This document shows positions 22,067-32,000 of a stretch of 32,000 nt of DNA, piece after piece. Made by a program: the position numbers and the translations under genes. Numbering within the stretch: the stretch's first letter is position 1; every line of letters starts with the position of its first letter. The notes below the pieces were generated by a model. That model was given only the letters and a program-made list of their open reading frames with translations, searched no databases and was not told where the DNA came from. The DNA comes from Mycoplasmoides genitalium G37 (lineage in GTDB: Bacteria; Bacillota_I; Bacilli_A; Mycoplasmatales; Mycoplasmoidaceae): positions 450,001-482,000 of the forward strand of contig NC_000908.2 of the NCBI RefSeq assembly GCF_000027325.1. The letters run 5' to 3'.

Positions 22067-22891
22067 TTATTTCATCAACTGTTCACAAATTCCTTTTAAA
22101 ACAATTGATATTTCAGGATTATTAAATTCCTCATCATTATCTGGTTGTTTTTTGCTTAAAAATACAACACTTGCTAATTGATTAATGTTATTAATTGGAA
22201 CTTCTGTCACATTTAAATAATGAACATCTTTTAAAGAGCAATTCTTGCTTTTAACATATGTTTCTAAAGCACTAAACTTGGAATTTTTTGTGCTAGTAAA
22301 TAAAAAATTTTCGTTATAAAAATTGCTGTAATGAAACTTAGGCTGACCACTAGAAATATGTTCCATAAGTTGAAAGTCTAAATGATACTGAGGACTAAAT
22401 ACATAAATAGAACTAACATCCATTTCACTGAGATTTTTTAAGAAATTTTGGTACTTTAATGTTTGGTCAAATTCCGTTAATCAAATTAATTTGAATTGCT
22501 TATATTTTTCTAATGAAATAAAGTAATTAATTGTTGTATTAGGTTCCTCACTAATCTTGCTTTTTCCAATTGCAAAAACACCAGAATTAGTAATAATAGC
22601 ATGGTGTACAATAGTGTCTATACTAACAGAATCTAAAAAAGATTGATAGATAAATTCATTGGTTTTGCTAATTCATATAATCGCGCCTGATTCTGCAATT
22701 ATATCAACATCATCTAACGAGAGTAAATCAAGTAAATAAAGCACTGCTTGTTGTCAACAACTTGACATAAAAACAAGTTGATGGTTATTCGCTTGAATGA
22801 AATTAAAAAAGTTTTTTCATACTTCTAAATCCTTTGTAGTGTTAAAAAAATTTGCTGTATTAATATCTAAAACAACTATTTTTCTATCCAT
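22067..22891 (-). CDS. HAD-superfamily (Cof-type) like protein, probably catalytically degenerate (274 aa)
   Basis: ATG 22891: MDRKIVVLDINTANFF...QLVFMSSCWQQ...IIAESGAIIW..., through TGA(Trp) to TAA 22067-22069. Confidence 0.6.
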
Positions 22892-24578
22892 CTCTTCTAA
22901 CTCTTTTAACAAAATTATTAAAGCTAATTCTGGTGATTTTTTCACCTTTAAAACCACGGCATGTCAACTTCTCTAAATTCTCTATTTCTTTATCTCCAAC
23001 AATAAGTTGTAAAGGAATTTTTTCAATGATTGCTTGTCTAACTTTTTTAGCTAAGCGATCTTGATTATCATCTAAATTTACACGGATGTTTTCTTTTAGC
23101 AATTTGTTATAAAGTTTTTTTGCTGCCTTTAAATGCTTTTGGATATTAACAGGAATAATTACGGCTTGAACAGGTGCTAACCATAAAGGAAAATTACCAC
23201 TTGTTTTTTCAAGTAAAGCAGCAATAAACCTTTCATAAGTTCCAATAATTCCAACATGGATAATAACTGGTTTTTTTAGTGTATTTTTTTTATCTATATA
23301 AGTTAGATCAAATTTTTCTGGTAGTAAAAAATCTAGTTGAATGGTGGCAATAGTAATCATTTTTTTAAAGATTGTTTTGAACTGAAAATCAATTTTTGGT
23401 CCATAAAAAGCAGCAGCTCCTATCTCTTTTTGATATTGGATATTTAAATCTTTTAAAACATTCTCCATTTGGCTTTCAGATTCTCTTCATAAACCAGGAT
23501 TATCAATAAATTTTGATTGATTTTTAGGATCATGTAGAGAAAGATCTATCCTATCAAATATAAATCCAAATTTTTTATTAACTTTTTGAATTAAATTAAA
23601 TGCGTTTTTAATCTCACTTTTAATTTGATCTGCACGACAAAAAATGTGATTATCAAGTAAAGTCATGCACCTCACTCTTTCTAATCCTATTAATCCTCCA
23701 GAGGCTTCAAAACGATGCAAAATAGAATCTTCTGAAAAGCGCTGTGGCATTTTTTTATATGAATATCGTTTTTGTTTGAAAATCAGACAGTGATGAGGAC
23801 ATGTCATAGGACGAAGCATCATTGCTTGACTATCAAGTTTAATAGCAGGAAACATATCTTCCTTATAGTGCTGATAGTGGCCGCTAATTTTAAAAAGCTC
23901 TATGTTAGCTAATACAGGAGAACAAACAGTATTAAAACCAAACAATAGTTGCTGGTGATGCACAAAATTACCGATTATATTCCTTAGTGTTGTACCCTTT
24001 GCTAATCAAATAGGAAGACCTGCACCGATCAGTGGGTCAAAGCTAAATAACTCTAATTGTTTACCTAAAGATCTGTGATCCTTCTTCAAGCGTTCTTCAT
24101 TTTCTTTTATTAATTGTTCTAATTCTTTTTTTGATTGAGCAAAAATGCCATTAATCCTCTGAAGTTGTAATTGTGAAGGATCTCCCAAAAAATAATTTAC
24201 GCTTACATTTAATAGCTTAATAAAACTTTTTTTAATAAAAGTTAAAGTTAAATCTTCTATTCAAAAATGTTTATTTTCAAAAAAGGTGATTTTAAATTTG
24301 TTTAAGTTGCTTTTTTTTAATAAGTTTTTTGTAAACTGATCATTTTCAAAAAAACTTAATGCTTCATCTAAAGAAACAAATTTTTGAGAAATCCCTTCTA
24401 GTTTACTAGAAAGAGAGTTTAAATCAGATTCTATTTTTGCAAACTGTTTTGTAGAAAAATTCTCATTTATATAAAAATCTAAATAAAATTCATCTCCATT
24501 AAAACCATGTTCACCAAACTGAACATTAGCATATTTGCATTTTAACCATATTTGTAATAAAAGAACTCCTGCAAGCAT
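22884..24578 (-). CDS. thrS: Threonyl-tRNA synthetase (564 aa)
   Basis: Four track ORFs in one frame across TGA(Trp). 'AMMLRPMTCPHHCLIFK', 'RFEASGGLIGLERVRCMTLLDNHIF', 'ALLEKTSGNFPLWLAPVQAVIIPV'. Confidence 0.96.
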
Positions 24579-24892
24579 TAAGATTCTTGATAATCAATCA
24601 TTACTTTTGAATTTGGTTTCATAATTTTGACAACTTCGATTGTTGTTTTTCAAATTCCACTGCGTTTTTCTAGGTAAGTGCGCAGAATACCTTCGATGCT
24701 AATTGTTTTAAATTTTTGAGTATATGCTTCAAGTTCAAATGCTAATTGACCATTTGCATAAAAAACAAAAAAATCAGTAAAACTTCGTTCACCAAACAAA
24801 CGTTTCTGCTTAATAGTTACTAAAAATCCTGTCTTTTTGTGGCTTCACTTTGTGCTTTCTATTTCACCTTCCAAAAAAACGCAATTTAACAT
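24578..24892 (-). CDS. Small OB-fold, single-stranded DNA-binding-like protein (104 aa)
   Basis: MLNCVFLEGEIESTKWSHKKTGFLVTIKQKRLFGERSFTDFFVFYANGQLAFELEAYTQKFKTISIEGILRTYLEKRSGIWKTTIEVVKIMKP...; SSB-like strand pattern. Missed by the track because of TGA codons. Confidence 0.7.
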
Positions 24893-24897
24893 GCTTT

Positions 24898-25479
24898 TTA
24901 GCTAGGTAATTGACCTGTTAAGTTGAAATGAAATTTAAAGTGGTTAATTGTTTCTAAAACCATTCTTTCTTCTATTAATGCAGTTCTAATACCTTCAAAC
25001 TTTTGTTTATCATCAAGATATTCTCTAACATTCTGATTAGTTTTTTCATAATACAAGCTAATAACTCTTTTAACAATATCATCACTAACTTCAACCTTTC
25101 ATTCCTTTTGTAAGAAATTAAATACTAAAGCTTTTTTAATGATTTTTTCAGCTATTGATTGAATTGTTTTTTCATCAGCATCTTTAACAACATCTCTTTT
25201 CAAGCCTTCAACAACATTTTTTAACTCTTCAGGGTTAATTTGAAATTCAAAATAACTAACAATTTCATTCATTGCTGCTGAAAACAAATTATCTTTAATA
25301 ACAATATGAGTTAGTTCGTGGTAAAGAGCACTTTCCTTAGCATCTTTAAAAGAAGCTAAAATTCTTTGCCGATGTTGCTCAATAAAAGCAGGATCTGCAA
25401 AAATACGATCAACTTCAATTACCTTATCATACTGAATAGGTTTTTGCAACTTTGCAATAGATTTAAGATTAGTAGCCAT
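24898..25479 (-). CDS. Conserved protein of the MPN555/MG377 type, trigger-factor C-domain-like helical protein (193 aa)
   Basis: ATG 25479, TGA(Trp) joined, to TAA 24898-24900. 'AFLQKPIQYDKVIEVDRIFADPAFIEQHRQRILASFKDAKESALYHELTHIVIKDNLFSAAMNEIVSYFEFQINPEELKNVVEG'-type helical, chaperone-like sequence; assignment mostly by gene order. Confidence 0.65.
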
Positions 25480-25525
25480 ATTTTTAGAAACTTATTAAAT
25501 TTTAATTCCTATATGCGTGAAGAAT

Positions 25526-27139
25526 TTACATTTGTTGTGGTGTTGAAATCTTCAAAACATCAAGGATTTGTTTAACTATAAATTGTAATGATCTCAATAA
25601 AGCAAGTCTTTGTGCTGATAAAAGTGAATTTTTATCATCATTAATTTTGCAAACTTTATACCAGGAATGAAATAAACTAGCAGTTTCATATAAAAAGTTA
25701 GTTAATAAGTGCAATTCGCCTGTTTCCATAGCTTTTTGCAACATAAAAGGATAATAGACAAGTTGATTTAAAAGTGATATCTCTTTTTCATTAATCAAAA
25801 GACTGCAATCAGTAATTTCTTTTAATTGATCAGAATTTGCAATTCTAAGAATACTATTCATTCTTGCAAACGCATATTGAACATAATAAACTGGATTAGC
25901 AGAGTTTTGCAAATTAGCTATATCTAAATCAATTTTGATAATTGTGCCATTATTTTGAGATAACATAAATCATCTAGCAGCATCTTCACTAATCATTGAA
26001 AGCATTGTTTCAATTGTGATTACATTTCCAGCACGTTTTGACAAACGTACTAGCTCTTTATTTTTATAGAGAGTAACCAGTTGTAATGCAAAAATTTTTA
26101 AAGAAGTTTTAGTGGTATTTTTTAAAGCATCAAATGCACAATACATCCTTTTAATATGTCCTTCATGATCAGTGCCTCAAACATTAAATAGAATGTCAAA
26201 GCCACGTTGTAATTTTTCTAAGTGATAAGCAACATCAGTTCCAAAATAAGAAGCTCTTTTATCACTTCTAATTAAAACTCTATCCTTATCATCTCCATAA
26301 AGCGTAGTTTTTAGTCAGAGTGCATTATCTTGATAAAAATAACTATTTGGTTTAAGTTGTTCTAAAAGATCATTAAAATTTGTTTTTTTAACAATTTCGC
26401 TTTCAAATTTTCAACTATCAATAAAAACATGGATTTTATTCAAATCACTTTTAATTAAAGACAAAACTTTTTGGGTGCAATTAACTAAAAAATGATCTAA
26501 GAATGATGTTTTACAAAACTCTTCAAAATTTAAATTATCAACTGGAAAATTTTCAATTTCACTAGCAATTTTATCTATTACTATTCCACTATATCCATCA
26601 GGATGTTGCTGGATAGCAATATTTTTTTTTAACTGCAAACTTTGATAAACACTAAAGCTAAAAACTCGTGCTTGTTGTCCATAATCATTTACCCAATATT
26701 CACAGACTGTTGTATAACCCAACAGCTTGGCTAAATTGTTTAAAACATCACCAAAAAAAGCTATTCTCACATGACCTAAATGGATCCTTCCGGTAGGATT
26801 TGCTGATACAGATTCAATTAAAATCTTTATATTTTTCTTAGTAAAGCAAGGTGTTTTTATCAAGTATTCTAAGTACTTTTGATAGCTAATTTGAAAGTTT
26901 ATAAAATTATTGTTAGCAATAAAAACATTTTGGTAGTTATCCTTTTTATTTTTTAAAAATCACTCAACAATACTATCTGCAATTTTTTTATGATTTTCAC
27001 TTTTTAGTTGGAAAATAATAGTTGAAGAAAAACCATTAAAACTATTATTTTTAACTAGTTTAACAAGTTCCTTTTGGTCATCAAATTTAAGCTTTAAAGC
27101 GCTAATGCATTCTTTTAAATCATTGATGATAAAAAACAT
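25526..27139 (-). CDS. argS: Arginyl-tRNA synthetase (537 aa)
   Basis: [26 protein letters not shown] (HIGH motif), [12 protein letters not shown]-terminal DALR-like anticodon domain; fragments joined across TGA(Trp). Confidence 0.96.
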
Positions 27140-27167
27140 TACTTTAAATTATATTTAATGATGCAAA

Positions 27168-29006
27168 ATGTCTTTTATCATAACAGTAATAGGTGCTGGG
27201 CATGCTGGATTGGAAGCCGCTTTCATTGTAAGCAAATTCAACATCAAAGTAAACCTTTTAGTTCTTGATATAAATCATTTAGGTTCTTGTCCATGTAATC
27301 CTTCAATTGGTGGACCTGCTAAGGGAATTGTTACTAGGGAAATTGATGTTTTAGGAGGTATGCAAGCAATTGCTGCTGATAACAATGCCTTACAATATAA
27401 ATTACTAAATAGTTCAAAAGGACCTGCTGTGCAAGCTATCAGAGCACAAATTGACAAAATAGGTTATAAAAACTGGTTTCAAAGTCAAGTTAAATTAAAT
27501 AAAAACATTAATCTAATTCAATCTGAAGCAATCAATTTAATTGTTAGAAATGAAAAAATAAAAGGCGTTATTTTAAAAGACGGAAGTGAACTTTTAAGTG
27601 ATGCGGTTATTATCACTACCGGAACGTACCTAAGATCAAAAACATACTGTGGTAATACAGTTAAAAATCAAGGACCTGATCAATCTAAAAATAGTGAAAA
27701 ATTAAGCACAAACTTAATTAACAGAGGTTTTAAAACAATTCGTTTAAAAACAGGAACTCCGCCAAGAATTTTAAAAACTTCACTTGACTATAATCAAATG
27801 GAATTAGAAATTAATAATAATCAAAACCTTGCTTTTAGTACTACAAATAAAAATTTCTTACCACTTGAAAAACAAATACCTTGTTACTTAGTTCATACCA
27901 ATCAAAAAATTCACGATCTAATCCTTAAAAACTTAAAAAAATCTGCAATGTTTAATGGTAGTATTTCAGCACAAGGACCACTTTATTGTCCAAGCATTGA
28001 AGACAAAGTTTTTAAGTTCTCTCAAAAACCTCGTCACCAAATTTTTGTAGAACCTGAATCATTGAGTCTAGATACTATTTATTTAGCAGGATTATCAACT
28101 TCTTTTACACCAGAAATTCAAAAAGAAATCATCCAGCTTTTACCTGGTTTTCAAAATGCAGAAATTAAAAAGTTTGGTTACGCTATTGAATATGATGCTT
28201 TTCTATCTAATCAACTAAAACCAACACTTGAAACGAAGTTAATAGAAAACTTGTATTTTGCTGGACAAATTAATGGCACTAGCGGTTATGAAGAAGCTGC
28301 TGGTCAAGGTTTGATGGCAGGAATTAATGCTGCTTTAAAATTATTAAAAAAACCACCATTTATTTTGCAACGTAATGAGGCTTATATTGGGGTTATGATT
28401 AATGATTTAGTTACTAAAACAATCAGTGATCCATACCGTTTGTTAACATCCAGAGCAGAATATAGACTATGATTGAGAAATGACAATGTTCAAGAACGGC
28501 TCATTAAAAAAAGCTTTGAACTTGGTTTAACAGATAAAAAAACATATGAATTGTTCCTTAAAAAGGAAAAGAAAAAACAGGAATTAATTTCATTTTTAAA
28601 AAACACTCAAGTAGGCAAGGTTAAAGCATTGAAATTCACTAATAAAAATACCGCTCAATCACTTTATGACTTCAACAAACGAAGTGAAATAAATTTAGAT
28701 AAATTGATCAAAGATCTTCCTGAAAAATACCAATTAGATTCAGAAACACTTAAACAAATTGAAATTGAAATTAAATATGAGGGTTACATAAAGAAAAATG
28801 AAAAGTATTTTAAGGGTTTAGATAAATTAAGCAAAATTAAAATTCCTCATACTTTTGATTACCATAAGGTTAAGAATTTAGCTAGTGAAGCTATTTTTAA
28901 ACTATCTAACTTTAAGCCTAGTAATTTAGCAATTGCAAGTCAAATAGCTGGAGTGAACTTTAATGACATTATAGCCATAAAACATTTTTTAAAAACTTAT
29001 GAATAA
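27168..29006 (+). CDS. mnmG: tRNA uridine 5-carboxymethylaminomethyl modification enzyme MnmG (612 aa)
   Basis: [45 protein letters not shown]; single frame through TGA at 28470-28472. Confidence 0.98.
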
Positions 29007-29577
29007 TGCTAATTTTGAAAAATATGTTGATTTAGTTTTTGAAGCAAACAAAAATTTCAACTTAACAGGATTTAAAACAAAAGAAGCTATTTATCAGAAT
29101 TTAGTTATAGAAATATTGACATTATTTAAAGGATATGAAAAATTTTTTATTGACAAAACTGTAGCAGACTTGGGAAGTGGAAATGGTTCGCCTGGGATAA
29201 TATTAAAACTGTTATTTCAAAAAATAAAAAAGTTAGTTTTAATTGATAGTAAACACAAAAAAATTAGCTTTTTAAATAAATTAACTAAGCAACTAAATCT
29301 GGAGAAAACTGTTGCAATTTGTGAACGAATTGAAGTACATAAAAATCACTATGATGTTATCTGTTCTCGTGGTCTAAGTACGATTATTAAAGTTAATGAT
29401 TTAGCATTTTCCTTGCTTAACTCAAAAGGTATTATTTTTCATATAAAACAAAGCTTAGACCAATACATTGAATTTGAAAAATCAAATCAGAAGAATCAAT
29501 TTAACTTGTTATTTATAAAGCACTTTACTAGTCAGAATAAAAAACTAATTTTGATAGCTTTACAAAAAAATGATTAA
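28999..29577 (+). CDS. rsmG: 16S rRNA (guanine-N7) methyltransferase RsmG (192 aa)
   Basis: VADLGSGNGSPGIILKLLF, LIDSKHKKISFLNKL, CSRGLSTI; overlaps the mnmG 3' end. Confidence 0.95.
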   Translation: MNNANFEKYVDLVFEANKNFNLTGFKTKEAIYQNLVIEILTLFKGYEKFFIDKTVADLGSGNGSPGIILKLLFQKIKKLVLIDSKHKKISFLNKLTKQLNLEKTVAICERIEVHKNHYDVICSRGLSTIIKVNDLAFSLLNSKGIIFHIKQSLDQYIEFEKSNQKNQFNLLFIKHFTSQNKKLILIALQKND

Positions 29578-30226
29578 GTTAGGTTGAGCGTCTTTTAGTA
29601 ATACAGAATTTGCTCAAGATATCTTTATAAAGTTTGCCAATCAATTCTATAAACAAGATGATGCTGGAACAATTTTATTTGAACTAAAAAAAACATTAGG
29701 AGTTAATCAACTAGATGAAATTGAAAAAAATAAAAAAGTTATTATTGTTAATCAGTTTCAAAATAGCTTAGGCAAATTTTTACTTTTTAATAAAGAAAAT
29801 ACTAAAAGAATAAACAGTTTAGCTAATGAACATATAAGTTCTTTTTTAAAAAAAATTTTCAGATTATCTGGATTTAAAGATATGTTGATTGATGTTCAAC
29901 ATCATAAAAAGTTACAAAAATGTTTATTAAGAGAAATTCATCTTTTAGTTTGTTTAATTAATAGCAATCAATTTAGTGATGAATTAATGCAAATTATTGA
30001 GTGGTATCAGTATTTAAAAAAACACTCTAGTAAACTTTTTGTTATTACTGCAAGTAGTGATAAAAAACCAGTAATAGAGCCAACTATAAATGAATATAAA
30101 GCTATTTTTGGAGAGTATTTATCTTCATTTCACCTAGATCTAAAAAATAATCAAAGTAATGATTTATTCCAGAAATTACTTGATCAGATCAAAATAAAAG
30201 CTACCTCAAAAACTAGTTTGAGATAG
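29570..30226 (+). CDS. Hypothetical protein (218 aa), MG381-like
   Basis: ATG 29570 (overlaps rsmG stop), MIKLGWASFSNTEFAQDIFIKFANQF... to TAG 30224-30226. Confidence 0.8.
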
Positions 30227-30239
30227 CTAAAAATATAAA

Positions 30240-30315
30240 TGGCGCATCGGGAGGGATTTGAACCCACGACAACACGCTTAGAAGGCGTGTACTCTATCCA
30301 CTGAGCTACCGACGC
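30240..30315 (-). tRNA. tRNA-Arg (anticodon UCU), CCA encoded
   Basis: Minus strand GCGTCGGTAGCTCAGTGGATAGAGTACACGCCTTCTAAGCGTGTTGTCGTGGGTTCAAATCCCTCCCGATGCGCCA folds as a cloverleaf; loop CTTCTAA gives anticodon TCT. Confidence 0.97.
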
Positions 30316-30690
30316 ATTTCTTTACTAGAAACTATCATATGAATCTTCAATAAGACTCTAATAAAAGTTTAGATGATTTTTAACTTTTTTATTGTATTCA
30401 TGCAATAAAAATTAATTTAAATAAAAGAAATTTATTAAAAAATCCTTAAAGCACAAATATCAATAATTTCCTTTTCTATTGATTCTTAACTATTTTTAAA
30501 AAAATAGTCAATTTATTTAGTCACAAAAACCTTAGTTAAAAATAAATTTAAGTTGCAATTGGATTGAACATATTATTTAAACTTTCTTTTAAATTAAGTG
30601 TTTTAAAAGTTGATTTTTAATAAATTAATTAACAAAATAAGATAAATAGTTAAAAACTCAATAATAAACGCTTTAAAATATTTCACTTTG

Positions 30691-31332
30691 ATGGATGAAA
30701 AAGGGATTTTAGTTGCAATTAGTGGTGGTAGTTGCTCAGGAAAAACTACTGTTGCTGAAATGATTTATCAACTTTTAAGTAAAAAATTAAAAGTTGCGAT
30801 CATCTGTCAAGATAACTATTACAAGTCCTATAAAAATAAGCCATTATTAAAAAGAAAAACAATAAACTTTGATCATCCTGATGCTTTTGATTGAAAACTT
30901 TTAAGATCACACATTGAAGATCTTCTAAACGGTAGTATAGTTAATGTTCCTTTATATGACTACATTAACTATACCAGAGCTAAAAAAACAGCAAAAATTG
31001 GTCCAATTGATGTTGTTATTCTAGAGGGTTTAATGCCATGATTTGATGAAAAATTATCAAGACTTTCTAAGCTAAAAATATTTATAGAAACAAATGGGGA
31101 AGAACGTTTAATTAGAAGAATAGAAAGAGACTGACAAAGGGGAAGAAATATTGATTCTATTATTAAACAGTGACGCGAAATAGTAGCACCAATGTATGAA
31201 ATATTTGTAGAAAAAATGAAGCGAAATGCTGATTTAATTCTGCCTTGAAGTCAACGCAGAGAAGTAAGTACAAGTGTATTGGATGTCGCAATTGAACACT
31301 TATTTCACAAAACTGTTGAAAAAAATAATTAG
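30691..31332 (+). CDS. udk: Uridine/cytidine kinase (213 aa)
   Basis: AISGGSCSGKTTVAEMIY (P-loop), CQDNYYKSYKNK, FDHPDAFDW, RRIERDWQRRGR; TGA codons joined to TAG 31330-31332. Confidence 0.95.
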
Positions 31333-32000
31333 TTCTGGAAATTATAGAGATGTTTAAATTTCAAAGGTGAATTATGTTTATGCTCTGCTTTTGCTTTCAA
31401 ATCTAAAACAATTTTTTGCTTTTCTGAACTAAGTATTAAATCACCTTTTAAATATTGATCAAGTTCCTTATAAGTAATGCCCATCTCTGTCTCATCAGTT
31501 TGCCCTTCAAAAAGACTAGCAGTTGGCGCTCTTGTGATTACAATTTCAGGAATATTAAAATGCTTAGCTAATTTGTAAACGTCCTCTTTTAAAAGCCATG
31601 CTAAAGGAGCAATATCACAAGCTCCATCTCCTCATTTTGTGAAATAACCAAGTGTATACTCTACAAAATTACCAGTACCTAAAACTAAGAAGTTGTGTTT
31701 TTGAGCATAAGCATATAAAGTTATCATCCGTAAACGTGCTTTAATGTTACCAGCTGTTAAAAAATCTTTTTTTGGATCTATTCCAAGGGTTTTTACTAAC
31801 AGATTGAAACTCTCTTCCAGTTCAATGTTAATACTATTAAATTGCATTTTTTTAACAAGTTCACTAGTTGCTTGAAAATCAAGTTTTGAATTATTAATAT
31901 GCATTATTAAAGCTAAATGGTTTTCAAAACCAAAAGTTTCTTTAGCAATAGCAGCAACAACTGCTGAATCAATTCCTCCAGATAAGCCAAAAATAACACC
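31329..32000 (-). CDS. nadE: NH3-dependent NAD+ synthetase, C-terminal part (5' end beyond window)
   Basis: SGGIDSAVV-type P-loop region at the window edge, 'LVLGTGNFVEYTLGYFTKWGDGACDIAPLAWLLKEDVYKLA', EETDEMGI; stop TAA at 31329-31331. Confidence 0.93.

Noticed and set aside
27275-27457. 60-aa minus-strand ORF
   Set aside because: Antisense to the conserved FAD-binding region of mnmG.
1613-31904. Apparent frequent frameshifts or pseudogenes suggested by split track ORFs
   Set aside because: All the splits I checked fall on TGA and keep the same frame; with code 4 the genes are full length. This is a track artefact.

Overview
The window is a compact, AT-rich, coding-dense segment that reads with UGA as Trp (genetic code 4). 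Content and gene order match Mycoplasma genitalium (pneumoniae group), roughly the MG_351-MG_383 interval as I recall it. No database search was run. Many genes look broken in the supplied ORF track only because it stops at TGA; joined at TGA they are intact. Order: ppa(3' end)-recU | HU-like | MG354-like | clpB with a perfect CIRCE | licA-like | ackA | two small ORFs-ruvA-ruvB | Y-family polymerase | rplJ-rplL-rpmF | rpsT | membrane/basic protein-fmt-DUF2779-like nuclease | plsX-rnc, fakA-like, rluD-like, DHH phosphoesterase, thiI, YqaJ-like nuclease, HAD-like, thrS, SSB-like, MPN555-like, argS (all minus) | mnmG-rsmG-unknown | tRNA-Arg(UCU) | udk | nadE (partial). I found no CRISPR array, transposon, prophage or clearly new defence system. 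The best leads are poorly annotated nucleic-acid proteins: a two-domain nuclease (12619..14622), a YqaJ-like PD-(D/E)XK protein (21221..22066), an OB-fold SSB-like protein (24578..24892) and an unknown ORF coupled to ruvAB (6327..6752). A degenerate HAD protein and a ThrRS with an eroded editing domain are also notable.
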